From Acutalibacteraceae bacterium (GTDB lineage Bacteria > Bacillota > Clostridia > Oscillospirales > Acutalibacteraceae): a stretch of 64,000 bases of DNA. The position numbers and the translations under genes are program-made. The DNA lies in contig JAZRAQ010000006.1 in assembly GCA_045634645.1 (NCBI GenBank), forward strand, positions 10,365-74,364, in the 5' to 3' direction. Of the stretch, positions 1-9,150 are shown one piece after another (position 1 is the first letter of the stretch; the number at the start of each line of letters is the position of its first letter). The notes under the pieces were generated by a model. The model was not told the DNA's origin and did no database searches. It saw nothing but the letters and a program-made list of their open reading frames with translations.

Positions 1-1
1 T

Positions 2-217
2 ATTGTAAACTATATAATGCTCCCCGTAGGCGCATTTATATTTATAATTTTCTGTACCTGGCGTTACGGTTGGGGTTGGGATAAGTTTGTAAACGAAGCC
101 AATACCGGTAAAGGTCTTAAAGTTAAAAATTGGATGCGTATTTATATGAAATATGTATTACCGCTTATGGTTTTAGTAATTTTAGTTTACGGCCTTGTAA
201 CTTTTAAATACAGATAA
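2..217 (+). CDS. C-terminal fragment of a sodium-dependent (SNF/neurotransmitter:sodium symporter-like) transporter; 5' end lies outside the window
   Basis: The frame is open from the window edge (IVNYI precedes the first Met). Two hydrophobic TM-like segments flank WRYGWGWDKF. A hairpin terminator follows. Confidence 0.4.
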   Translation: MVNYIMLPVGAFIFIIFCTWRYGWGWDKFVNEANTGKGLKVKNWMRIYMKYVLPLMVLVILVYGLVTFKYR

Positions 218-219
218 GA

Positions 220-250
220 AAAGCGACCTTTACGGTCGCTTTAATTTTTT
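220..250. terminator. Bidirectional rho-independent terminator between convergent genes
   Basis: Stem AGCGACC / GGTCGCT (222-240) flanked by A-run and T-run. Confidence 0.7.
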
Positions 251-1074
251 TCAAAACCTATTATAATTCCGCCCTTTTCAGCGTAAAAACTGCAAAGTCC
301 TGCCGTTTTGTATATTTCTACATCCCCAGCGCCAAATTCGCCTTTCACAACCGTTGCAATCATTTGAGCAAGTGGCTCATTCAAGCAGTGTGTTATGCGG
401 ATTTTTCCGCCTTTATAACCTTCTTTTGCAAGGCAGTTTATGAGTTCCTTTATCGCCTTTTTTTCGCCCCGTGCTTTTTCAAGCATTTCTAATGTGCCAA
501 CTTCACTACCCTTGCCGATAACACGAATTCCCAAAAGCCCCGCTATTTTAGAAGCGGTTGTACCCACTCTTCCGTTATTTGCAAGATTTTTAAGGGATTC
601 GAGCATAAACAAAACCCCCGTGCTTTTTTGGTACTGCTTAATAGCCTTGCAAATTTCTTCAAATTTTTCGCCTTTTAATATTAACTCTTCTAATTTTTCA
701 GCAATAAGTTTCAACTCCGCTCCTGCCGACAAGGAATCAATAACAAACACCTTGCTTTCAGGGTGGGCGCTTTCATACTCCTGCTTTGCAAGTATTGCCG
801 AATTGAAACTGCCCGAAAGATTGCTTGAAATAGTTATGCAAAAAATGTATTTGGCTTCGCCAAAGCGTTCAAGCCAATCCGACACCGAGGGACAGCAGGT
901 AGATGATTTTCCCGAATAACCGTTAAGGTATAAAACCATTTCTTTAACGTCTAAATCCTCACCGTCAATATATTCCTTGCTATCGGTTATAATTTTTAAT
1001 GGCGCCAATTCCAACGGCACCTTATTTAATTTTATTATATCTGCCGAAGAATCGACAATAATTTTATATTCCAT
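241..1074 (-). CDS. DegV family fatty-acid-binding protein (FakB-like)
   Basis: The N-terminus MEYKIIVDSSADI is typical of DegV and the length is about 277 aa. ATG at 1074 is preceded by AGAGG. The 9 extra codons in the ORF track have no RBS. Confidence 0.8.
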   Translation of the reverse strand: MEYKIIVDSSADIIKLNKVPLELAPLKIITDSKEYIDGEDLDVKEMVLYLNGYSGKSSTCCPSVSDWLERFGEAKYIFCITISSNLSGSFNSAILAKQEYESAHPESKVFVIDSLSAGAELKLIAEKLEELILKGEKFEEICKAIKQYQKSTGVLFMLESLKNLANNGRVGTTASKIAGLLGIRVIGKGSEVGTLEMLEKARGEKKAIKELINCLAKEGYKGGKIRITHCLNEPLAQMIATVVKGEFGAGDVEIYKTAGLCSFYAEKGGIIIGFEKN

Positions 1075-1217
1075 AATAAACCTCTTTTTTGCTTTATACA
1101 CTTATTATGGCACAAATTTCCAATTTAATCACTCTAATAATTAAAATTTCACTCTACTGACAGTAGAATTGAATTTTTCAAAGGTTTATGATATACTTTT
1201 TGTAAGGGGTTGAGGTT

Positions 1218-2486
1218 ATGAAAATAAAAGTAGTTAAAAAAAGCTATGACGAGGTTGTAAATCTACCTGTAAAACCACATAAAAAACCTTTAAAACCAAA
1301 CTTTATACTTGCAACGGTTATTAGGGTTTTATCTTTCTTTTCATTATTTCCGTTAAAATTTAAATTCAAAAAAATAGGTATGCAAAAGATTTCTAAAAGA
1401 GAACCTGCACTTATTTTAATGAACCATTCAAGCTTTATTGATTTGAAAATTGCAAGCAAACTATTATATCCCAGACGCTACAATATTGTTATGACATCTG
1501 ACGGTTTTGTGGGCAAAAATTTACTTATGCGTCTAATAGGCTGTATCCCAACCCAAAAATTCATCAGTGATTCGGTTTTGGTAAGAGATATTTTTCACTG
1601 CATTAAGAAAAATAAAACTTCAGTTCTTATGTACCCTGAAGCCAGTTACAGTTTTGACGGTACTGCAACCCCCTTGCCCGAAAGTTTAGGTAAACTTATA
1701 AAGAAATTAGCGGTTCCCGTTATTATGATTAAAACCTACGGTGCTTTTGCGCACGACCCGCTTTATAACAATCTGCAAACCCGAAAGGTACAGGTTTCTG
1801 CAGATATGGAGTATATTTTATCCCCTGAAGAAATAAGCCAAAAATCTCCCGCAGAGATAAATGAAGTTGTAAATAAACATTTTTCGTTTGATAACTTTTT
1901 ATGGCAACAACAAAATGGCGTTAAAATTACCGAAAACTTTAGAGCCGATTTCTTAAACCGCGTTTTATATAAATGCCCGAACTGCGAAGCAGAGGGTAAA
2001 ACGCTCGGTAAAGGTATTCATCTTAAATGTAAGAATTGCGGTAAAGTTTACGAGTTGACTGAAGACGGATTTATGAAAGCGTTATCGGGCGAAACCGAAT
2101 TTCCTCACATTCCCGATTGGTACGCTTGGCAAAGGCAATGTGTCCAAGAGGAAATAAAAAACAACCGATATATGCTTGATATACCGGTTGAAATTTATAT
2201 GATGATTGATACAAAATGTGTTTATGCTGTGGGAAGCGGTCGCCTAACCCATAGTTTTGACGGTTTTCATTTAACCGGTTGTGACGGGAAATTGGATTAC
2301 ACCCAATCTTCACTACTATCCTACAGCCTTTATTCCGACTATTATTGGTACGAAATAGGGGATATTATTTGCATCGGCAACGGTAAAGTTTTATATTACT
2401 GCTTCCCTGAAACTAAAACCGATGTTGTTGCAAAAACCCGTATTGCAACCGAAGAAATATTTAAAATTCGTTCTAAAGAAGATTAA
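1218..2486 (+). CDS. PlsC-type lysophospholipid acyltransferase with a C-terminal extension carrying a CxxC...CxxC zinc ribbon
   Basis: HX4D acyltransferase motif NHSSFIDL, plus YPEASYS. C-terminal half contains CPNCEAEGKTLGKGIHLKCKNCGKVY. RBS GGGGTTGAGG lies before the ATG. Confidence 0.7.
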   Translation: MKIKVVKKSYDEVVNLPVKPHKKPLKPNFILATVIRVLSFFSLFPLKFKFKKIGMQKISKREPALILMNHSSFIDLKIASKLLYPRRYNIVMTSDGFVGKNLLMRLIGCIPTQKFISDSVLVRDIFHCIKKNKTSVLMYPEASYSFDGTATPLPESLGKLIKKLAVPVIMIKTYGAFAHDPLYNNLQTRKVQVSADMEYILSPEEISQKSPAEINEVVNKHFSFDNFLWQQQNGVKITENFRADFLNRVLYKCPNCEAEGKTLGKGIHLKCKNCGKVYELTEDGFMKALSGETEFPHIPDWYAWQRQCVQEEIKNNRYMLDIPVEIYMMIDTKCVYAVGSGRLTHSFDGFHLTGCDGKLDYTQSSLLSYSLYSDYYWYEIGDIICIGNGKVLYYCFPETKTDVVAKTRIATEEIFKIRSKED

Positions 2487-4009
2487 GAATTCCAATACTT
2501 TCTGTCAAGACTTCTAAAAGATATTGCCGAAAATACATGTTGCTTTTCAATATTTTCGCTACCCTCTAAATCGGCGATGGTTCTTGCAACCTTTAAGATG
2601 CGGTCGTAAGCTCTTGCCGACATACCGAGTCTTTCAAAAGCCAATTCTAAATAATTTTCCGCATCCTTTGACAGAACGCAATATTTCTTAATCAAATCAG
2701 GGGTTAGTCTTGCGTTACAGTTAACGGATGTTCCCTGATAGCGTTTTCTTTGAATTTCGCGAGCTTTATTAACACGCTTTTTAATTTCCGCTGAGGTTTC
2801 CTCGGCGGTTTTTGAATTCAGGGCAGTATAATCTACCGGCGGCACCTCAACATGCAAATCTATTCTGTCAAGCATCGGTCCCGAAATTTTATTCAAGTAT
2901 TTATGCACCGCATTTTGCGAACAGGTGCATTGCTTTGTGGGGTGTCCGAAAAATCCGCAAGGGCAAGGATTCATCGCCGCTACAAGCATAATTGAACTTG
3001 GATATGTAAGAGAACCTGCCACGCGGGAAATTGTAACCTTTTCATCCTCAATAGGTTGGCGCAAAGCCTCCATAACATCTCTTCTGAATTCAGGGAACTC
3101 ATCTAAAAACAAAACGCCGTTATGCGCCAGAGAAATTTCACCCGGTCTTGGCACAGTTCCGCCACCGGCTATTCCCGCAACCGACACTGTATGATGCGGA
3201 GAACGGAAGGGACGGCAACTTACAAATGGATTTTTACTGTCAAGCGTGCCTGCAATAGAATGAATTTTAGTGGTTTCAATCGCTTCATCAAAGGTCATTT
3301 CGGGAAGAATACCCGGCAGCCTTTTAGCGAGCATACTTTTACCCGCTCCCGGAGGACCGACTAATATAATATTATGTCCGCCTGCCGCCGCAACCTCCAA
3401 CGCCTTTTTTGCCGCAACCTGACCCTTAACATCACAAAAATCTGGTACTCGCATCTGCGCGGTTTCAAATATTTCGGTTTTGGGTTGCTTTTTTATTAAC
3501 TTTTCACCTTTTAAGTGGTCAATAATCTGTTTTATATTCTCTATTGGGTAAATGTCTATTCCCTCTACAACTGCCGCTTCTTTAGCGTTTTGAGCGGGAA
3601 CGAAAATACTTTTTATTCCATTTTGCTGTGCAGTAATTGTAAGCGCCAAAACGCCGTTTACTGCGCGAACCATACCATCAAGAGCAACCTCGCCGATGGT
3701 AACAGCGCTTTGCAAATCTGCCTTTAATTGACCCGATGCTTTTAAAATTGCCAAAAGCACGGGCAAATCGTAAATAGAACCCTCTTTTTTACGGTTGGCG
3801 GGCGCTAAATTTACAGTAATTCTTGATACAGGAAATTTAAAACCGCAGTTTTTTATAGCAGCGCGCACTCTGTCGCGCGATTCTTTAACCGCCGCATCAG
3901 GAAGACCTACAATATCAAAGGAGGGGAGTCCGTTTGAAATATCGGCTTCAACCTCTATCATATAAGAATCTATTCCAAAAATTCCGACACTTTCTATCCT
4001 TGAAAACAA
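2483..4009 (-). CDS. comM: YifB/ComM family Mg-chelatase-like AAA+ ATPase
   Basis: Walker A GPPGAGKSM and Walker B VLFLDEFPEF. N-terminal Lon-protease-S16-like region and Cys cluster CPCGFFGHPTKQCTC, typical of ComM. Confidence 0.85.
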   Translation of the reverse strand: MFSRIESVGIFGIDSYMIEVEADISNGLPSFDIVGLPDAAVKESRDRVRAAIKNCGFKFPVSRITVNLAPANRKKEGSIYDLPVLLAILKASGQLKADLQSAVTIGEVALDGMVRAVNGVLALTITAQQNGIKSIFVPAQNAKEAAVVEGIDIYPIENIKQIIDHLKGEKLIKKQPKTEIFETAQMRVPDFCDVKGQVAAKKALEVAAAGGHNIILVGPPGAGKSMLAKRLPGILPEMTFDEAIETTKIHSIAGTLDSKNPFVSCRPFRSPHHTVSVAGIAGGGTVPRPGEISLAHNGVLFLDEFPEFRRDVMEALRQPIEDEKVTISRVAGSLTYPSSIMLVAAMNPCPCGFFGHPTKQCTCSQNAVHKYLNKISGPMLDRIDLHVEVPPVDYTALNSKTAEETSAEIKKRVNKAREIQRKRYQGTSVNCNARLTPDLIKKYCVLSKDAENYLELAFERLGMSARAYDRILKVARTIADLEGSENIEKQHVFSAISFRSLDRKYWNS

Positions 4010-4014
4010 AACTT

Positions 4015-4965
4015 TTACCTCGCTACGTTATTTTGTGGTTTTCCGTTTAAAAACGCAGTTATATTATCACATACAATGCCTAAAAGACGCTGTCTTGTGG
4101 CAAGGGGTGCCCAAGAGGTATGCGGAGTAATGGTAATATTCGGAGCATCAAACAATACACAATCGACTGCCATAGGCTCACTTGTTAAAACGTCTATTGC
4201 CGCACCCGATAATTTGCCGCTTATCAAGGCATCCCTTAAGGCTTGCTCGTCTACCACGCCGCCTCTTGCAGTGTTAACGAAAAACGCCCCGTCCTTGCAT
4301 TTTGCAAAGGTGTTACTGTTCATCATTTTTACACTTTCTTCATTCAAAGGACAGTGCATTGAAATAATATCACTCCGGCCAAGCAGAGTATCTAAATCGA
4401 CAAACTTCCCGTCTTTTTCTCTTACTTTTCTTGTGTAAACAATTACATTCATTCCAAGCGCCAATGCCACTTTTTCAACCGCTTTGCCAATAGCACCGTA
4501 ACCGATTATTCCGAGAGTTTTTCCGTAAACCTCATCGGTAGTGTAAACCAAAGGTGAAAAAACTTTAGAATCTTTCCAACCGCCGTTTTTAACAAAGTCA
4601 TCATACTTTGGCACCTTTGTATAATGATTTAAAATGTAGCATATAACCTGTTGCGCCACCGCATTTGTAGAATAACTTCCCGCATTGCAAACCGCAATTT
4701 TTCTTGTTTTAGCTTCTTTAATATCAATATTATTATATCCCGTTGCAAAAAGCCCCACATACTTTAAAATGGGGGCGTTTTCAAAAACCTCTTTATCAAT
4801 TAAGGTCTTATTGCAAAGAATTATATCGGTATCACTAACTTCTTTTAAAAGTTCAGTTCGTGTGATATTACCATACTCTACCACGTCACCGAACTGTTTT
4901 ATTACTTCTAGTGACAAATCACCGTTTGATTTTACGCTTGCACTGTCAGTTATCAGAATTTTCAT
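4015..4965 (-). CDS. D-isomer-specific 2-hydroxyacid dehydrogenase (glycerate/hydroxypyruvate reductase-like)
   Basis: NAD fold GIIGYGAIGKAV, ARGGVVDEQAL, and catalytic His context ITPHTSWA. Confidence 0.8.
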   Translation of the reverse strand: MKILITDSASVKSNGDLSLEVIKQFGDVVEYGNITRTELLKEVSDTDIILCNKTLIDKEVFENAPILKYVGLFATGYNNIDIKEAKTRKIAVCNAGSYSTNAVAQQVICYILNHYTKVPKYDDFVKNGGWKDSKVFSPLVYTTDEVYGKTLGIIGYGAIGKAVEKVALALGMNVIVYTRKVREKDGKFVDLDTLLGRSDIISMHCPLNEESVKMMNSNTFAKCKDGAFFVNTARGGVVDEQALRDALISGKLSGAAIDVLTSEPMAVDCVLFDAPNITITPHTSWAPLATRQRLLGIVCDNITAFLNGKPQNNVAR

Positions 4966-5164
4966 CTTTTCGTGTCACCTTTTTCTTAGTACCGTCAGGG
5001 TTTACAATGTAGGTGTTTTCCAACTGACCCACAAGACTTCTTTTAAAAGAGTCAATATACTCTCTTCTTAAAAAATATTGCTCATTTTTTTCTTCTACTG
5101 TAAGACCGACTGTTTTCTGTTTTTTTGCCAATTCATTTATTCGGTCAATCTTTTTTTGTTCCAT
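4946..5164 (-). CDS. DUF896/UPF0291 (YnzC-like) small protein
   Basis: 72 aa. IDRINELAKKQKTVGLTVEEKNEQYFLRREYIDSFKRSL closely resembles the B. subtilis YnzC pattern. Confidence 0.75.
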   Translation of the reverse strand: MEQKKIDRINELAKKQKTVGLTVEEKNEQYFLRREYIDSFKRSLVGQLENTYIVNPDGTKKKVTRKDENSDN

Positions 5165-5167
5165 AAA

Positions 5168-5770
5168 CTAAATCTCATTTCTGCCCTCTAATGCGCGAGC
5201 TAAAGTAAATTCATCGGCATATTCAAGGTCACTGCCTACCGGTATTCCGTAAGCCAAGCGGGTAACTTTTATCCCCATCGGCTTTACCAAACGGGAAATA
5301 TAGCTTGCAGTAGCCTCACCCTCAACCGTGGGGTTGGTAGCCATAATAATTTCTTTGACTTCACTGTTTGAAAGCCTCGCCATCAATTCCTTAATTCGCA
5401 AATTATCGGGACCAATATTATCAAGTGGTGAAATCACTCCGTGCAGCACATGGTAGGTGCCGCCGAATTCCTTTGTGCGCTCAAACGCCATAACGTCCTT
5501 AGGCTCTGCTACAACGCATATCACCGAACTGTCCCGCGAGCCATCCGAACAAATCGGGCAAATTTCCAAGTCGGTAAAGCCTTGACATTCCTTGCAAAAA
5601 TGAATTTTCTTGCGTGCATTTACAAGCGCCGCAGCAAACTTTTCCGCTCTTTCGGGCGGTTGCTCTAAAATATGATATGCCAGTCTTTGAGCCGTTTTTT
5701 GACCTATACCCGGCAAACGCTCAAACTGGGAAACCAATTCATTTAAAGGTACTATATTATAATTTGCCAT
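5168..5770 (-). CDS. recR: Recombination protein RecR
   Basis: HhH motif LPGIGQKTAQRLA, C4 zinc finger CKECQGFTDLEICPIC and a Toprim region. Conserved dnaX-ybaB-recR synteny. Confidence 0.95.
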   Translation of the reverse strand: MANYNIVPLNELVSQFERLPGIGQKTAQRLAYHILEQPPERAEKFAAALVNARKKIHFCKECQGFTDLEICPICSDGSRDSSVICVVAEPKDVMAFERTKEFGGTYHVLHGVISPLDNIGPDNLRIKELMARLSNSEVKEIIMATNPTVEGEATASYISRLVKPMGIKVTRLAYGIPVGSDLEYADEFTLARALEGRNEI

Positions 5771-5772
5771 AA

Positions 5773-6111
5773 TTAGAATAAGCCGGGCATATTAAATCCG
5801 CCTGTAATAGCGCCCATTTCCTCTTCTTGAGTTTTAATTGCATTAGAAATTGCCTCATTTACTGCAACTGTGATAAGGTCTTCAAGCATTTCTGCATCAT
5901 CAGGGTCTACAGCATCGGGATTTATTTTAATATTTTTTATCAAATGCTTACCGTCAACCGTAACTTCAACCATACCACCGCCCGAAGTTGCAGTGTATTC
6001 TCTTTCTTCAAGGTCGGCTTGAAGATTTGCCATATCCTCTTGCATTTTTTGTGCTTGCTTAAGCATTTGGTTCATATTTCCGCCGCCGTTATTTGGTAAT
6101 CTTACTTTCAT
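5773..6111 (-). CDS. ybaB: YbaB/EbfC nucleoid-associated DNA-binding protein
   Basis: GGGNMNQMLKQAQKMQEDM start, about 110 aa, located between dnaX and recR. Confidence 0.9.
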   Translation of the reverse strand: MKVRLPNNGGGNMNQMLKQAQKMQEDMANLQADLEEREYTATSGGGMVEVTVDGKHLIKNIKINPDAVDPDDAEMLEDLITVAVNEAISNAIKTQEEEMGAITGGFNMPGLF

Positions 6112-6125
6112 ATTATTTAATCCTT

Positions 6126-7676
6126 TCAGTTATTTTCAAATTGTTTCAATTTATCTGCCAACGCTTTTAAAGGGTCTTCAGCCGCTGAAACGGTTTGCTT
6201 TGTGTAAGGACCTAATTTATAGGTGTGTCCTAAAACCTTTTGAGCCGCTTTTCTTATACTGTCTTTATAAAGCCCGTTTGCATTGTTAATCATAGTTCTA
6301 AAGGAGTCATTTTTTGCATCAATAAGCAAATATGCGCCCTTAATGTAGGCCTTTGAATCGTCTAAAACGCCTGCAATCAAAGGACAACTTGTTTTCAATA
6401 TTGTTATAATTTCATCCCATTTTTCAACAGGTTTAATATCTTCACTCAAAGGTTCTTCTTGAGGTTTTTCTTCTTCAATCGGCTCTGTAATTTCTTCAAC
6501 AACAGGCTGTGTCTTTACCTTTTGAGGCTTAGGTTTAACATTACCATCCTCAAGTGCCGCAATTCTTCTTTCAATAGACTCTAAATCAACCGAAAGTGCG
6601 GGATTGCAAAGCTTAATTATTGCCATTTCCATTTCACAACGGCGGTTACCGCTTTGCATTACGGCGGTTGCGCCTTGCAAAATATTAAGGGTATACATAA
6701 TATCCTTAATATCAAAATCTTCTGCCTGCTCTTGAAGTTTTTTAAGGTGAGACGATGAACAAACTATAGGTTTTTTATCACCCTTTACTGTTTTTACAAT
6801 CATCAAATCCCTGAAATGAGAAATTAATTCACTCAAAAGTCTAGCCATATCAACAGAAGAATTATGCAATTTTTCAATCATTAAAAGAGCTTTTTCGGTA
6901 TCCCTTTGTTTTATAAACTCGGTAATTTCTAAAAGATAATCATTACCCGCCATTGCGCAAACACTTTCAACCGTCTGCTCATCAATATTCTTTGATGCAC
7001 AAGCACACAAATCCAAGATTGAAAGAGCATCACGCATACCGCCGTCCGCCGCAGAAGCAATTAATGTAGCAGCAGCGTCACTTAAAGTCAAGCCTTCGTT
7101 TTGGGCTACAAACTGTAACCTCTCGCAAATTTTGGTATTGTCAATTCTTCTGAAATCAAACCGCTGACAACGGGATAAAATAGTAGCAGGAAGCTTATGA
7201 ACTTCAGTGGTTGCCAAAATGAAAATTACGTGTTTTGGCGGTTCTTCTAAGGTTTTAAGCAAAGCGTTAAATGCGCCTTGGGACAGCATATGAACCTCGT
7301 CTATTATATAAACGCGGTATTTAGAAGATGCGGGCGCAAAACTTATTTTTTCTTTTAATTCTCTGATATTATCAACGCCGTTATTTGAAGCGGCATCCAT
7401 TTCAACAATATCGGTATTACGGTCTTCCAAAATTGCTTTGCAATTTTCACATTCTAAACAAGGGTCTGCGTTTTTAGAGTTCAGGCAGTTAACTGCATTT
7501 GCAAGTATTTTAGCGCAACTTGTTTTACCTGTACCTCTGGTGCCGGTAAAAAGATAAGCGTGCACAATTTTTCCGCTTGAAAGCTCCTTTTTCAAGGTTT
7601 CGGTTATATGCTCTTGTCCTACCACGTCTGAAAAAGTCTTGGGACGGTATTTACGGTACAAAGCCTGATATGACAT
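6126..7676 (-). CDS. dnaX: DNA polymerase III subunit gamma/tau
   Basis: MSYQALYRKYRP start with AGGAGG 6 nt upstream. Walker A GTRGTGKTS, zinc module CLECENC and DEVHMLS. The ORF-track extension to 7739 overlaps the SRP RNA. Confidence 0.93.
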   Translation of the reverse strand: MSYQALYRKYRPKTFSDVVGQEHITETLKKELSSGKIVHAYLFTGTRGTGKTSCAKILANAVNCLNSKNADPCLECENCKAILEDRNTDIVEMDAASNNGVDNIRELKEKISFAPASSKYRVYIIDEVHMLSQGAFNALLKTLEEPPKHVIFILATTEVHKLPATILSRCQRFDFRRIDNTKICERLQFVAQNEGLTLSDAAATLIASAADGGMRDALSILDLCACASKNIDEQTVESVCAMAGNDYLLEITEFIKQRDTEKALLMIEKLHNSSVDMARLLSELISHFRDLMIVKTVKGDKKPIVCSSSHLKKLQEQAEDFDIKDIMYTLNILQGATAVMQSGNRRCEMEMAIIKLCNPALSVDLESIERRIAALEDGNVKPKPQKVKTQPVVEEITEPIEEEKPQEEPLSEDIKPVEKWDEIITILKTSCPLIAGVLDDSKAYIKGAYLLIDAKNDSFRTMINNANGLYKDSIRKAAQKVLGHTYKLGPYTKQTVSAAEDPLKALADKLKQFENN

Positions 7677-7694
7677 ACTAAACCTCCTAAAAAA

Positions 7695-7848
7695 TTTGCG
7701 CATCCGAATGCACGAATGAGCCGATTTACTGCGGCGCACAGAAAAAACTACTTAATGCTGCTCGGTTCCCCGCCTGACATGGTTCGTAGCATCCCGTCGC
7801 ACAGGACCCGCCCATTCGCACATTCCGATACGCAATGTACTTAACACA
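7695..7848 (-). ncRNA. ffs: Signal recognition particle RNA (small/4.5S-like SRP RNA)
   Basis: The minus strand reads ...CATGTCAGGCGGGGAACCGAGCAGCATTAAG..., which matches the domain IV core AGG-stem-GGAA tetraloop-stem-AGCA. A long closing helix pairs TGCGTATCGGAATGTGCGAATGGGCGG with CCGATTT..CATTCGTGCATTCGGATGCGCA. An upstream TTGTAA-17-TAAAAT promoter is present, and the position upstream of dnaX matches Bacillus/Clostridia. The ends are approximate. Confidence 0.8.
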
Positions 7849-7963
7849 AACAATTTTACCATATTTAATTAAGATTTACAATAGCGAAAATATAAATTGT
7901 TGAATTTTTTTATTATTATTGGTATAATATAATATAATTAAACTATTTATAAGGAGAATTGTT

Positions 7964-8629
7964 ATGAAAGGAATAACCATTAGCGAACTTTACACTATAG
8001 AAAATCCTTTAATTTCCCCATTATTTGAAGGGCTTACCTACCCCTTTGAAGCATTACCTAAAATCGGAGAATTCATTAAAAATTTAGGTCCAACACTCGA
8101 TAAAGAAATCTACGATTGTATCGGCGATAATATCTGGATTGCAAAATCCGCTAAGGTTGCACCATCTGCTTCTATTACAGGCCCTTGCATTATCGGTGAA
8201 AACACCGAAGTCAGACACTGCGCTTTCATTCGCGGAAACGCTCTTGTTGGAAACGACTGTGTTGTAGGCAACTCTACCGAACTTAAAAACGTAGTGCTTA
8301 TAGGTAAGGTACAGGTCCCCCATTACAACTATGTCGGTGACTCTGTTTTAGGCTACGGCTCACACATGGGTGCAGGCTCTATTACCTCAAATGTTAAATC
8401 TGACAAAACCTTGGTTGTATTAAAACAAGGTGATGAAAAATATGAAACCGGACTAAAAAAATTCGGTGCAATGCTCGGTGATTTTGTTGAAGTAGGTTGC
8501 GGTAGCGTTCTAAACCCAGGCACTATTATCGGCAAAAATACAAATATTTATCCTTTGTCTTCAGTACGCGGTATTGTTCCTCAAAACAGTATTTTCAAAC
8601 GTGCTGAAGAAATTGTTGAAAAACGATGA
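7964..8629 (+). CDS. Left-handed beta-helix (hexapeptide-repeat) protein, GlmU C-terminal/sugar-nucleotide transferase-like
   Basis: Hexapeptide-repeat periodicity throughout (IGENTEVRHCAFIRGNALVGNDCVVGNSTELKNVVL...). RBS AAGGAGA. Substrate not assignable. Confidence 0.6.
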   Translation: MKGITISELYTIENPLISPLFEGLTYPFEALPKIGEFIKNLGPTLDKEIYDCIGDNIWIAKSAKVAPSASITGPCIIGENTEVRHCAFIRGNALVGNDCVVGNSTELKNVVLIGKVQVPHYNYVGDSVLGYGSHMGAGSITSNVKSDKTLVVLKQGDEKYETGLKKFGAMLGDFVEVGCGSVLNPGTIIGKNTNIYPLSSVRGIVPQNSIFKRAEEIVEKR

Positions 8630-9150
8630 TAACAGAAATCTGGGATATATTAAACGAAAACGGTGTTCCTACCGGCAAAACTACCGTACGGGGAACAGAT
8701 TTTTTAAAACCCGGCGAATATCATTTGGTAGTGCATATTTGGATTCTTTCAAGCGACGGTAAAATTTTAATTCAGCAACGCTCGCCGAAGAAAAAACTTA
8801 TGCCGGGCGAATGGGCGGCTACGGGCGGTGCAGCCATTTCAGGCGAAAGCTCATTTACGGCTGCAAGTCGCGAATTATTTGAAGAATTGGGTATACCGTC
8901 TACCCCAAAAACACTTAATAAGATTTTTCGTCTTAAAAGACGCAATTCTTTTTTAGATGTTTGGACTATTAATTGTGATATTCCGATAGAAAAACTGAAA
9001 TTACAGGAAAGTGAAGTTGCAAAAGCTCAGTGGGTTACAAAATCCGAGCTCGAACAAATGATTAAAACCGGTAAATTTCATAACTACGGAAAAGAATATT
9101 TTGAAAGAGTTTTTTCAAAAATAGACCTTTTTAGAGGAGTAACCTTATGA
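8626..9150 (+). CDS. NUDIX hydrolase
   Basis: Nudix box GGAAISGESSFTAASRELFEELGI (GX5EX7REUXEEXGU). The start overlaps the upstream stop (ATGA). Confidence 0.85.
   Translation: MITEIWDILNENGVPTGKTTVRGTDFLKPGEYHLVVHIWILSSDGKILIQQRSPKKKLMPGEWAATGGAAISGESSFTAASRELFEELGIPSTPKTLNKIFRLKRRNSFLDVWTINCDIPIEKLKLQESEVAKAQWVTKSELEQMIKTGKFHNYGKEYFERVFSKIDLFRGVTL

Noticed and set aside
440-919. 159-aa plus-strand ORF
   Set aside because: It lies entirely antisense to the well-supported DegV gene, has low-complexity Ser/Pro/Phe-rich composition and no RBS. It is a shadow ORF.
6126-7676. Programmed -1 frameshift site in dnaX as in E. coli
   Set aside because: The only A-rich slippery-like run seen (around 7340-7355, AAAGAAAAAATAAG on the coding strand) is at codon ~130. 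That is far from the domain III/IV boundary where gamma is produced, and no downstream hairpin was noted.
7677-7739. N-terminal extension of DnaX (MRRSKSAHSCIRMRKFFRRFS)
   Set aside because: It overlaps the SRP RNA 3' helix. The real start at 7676 has a perfect AGGAGG and the canonical MSYQALYRKYRP N-terminus.
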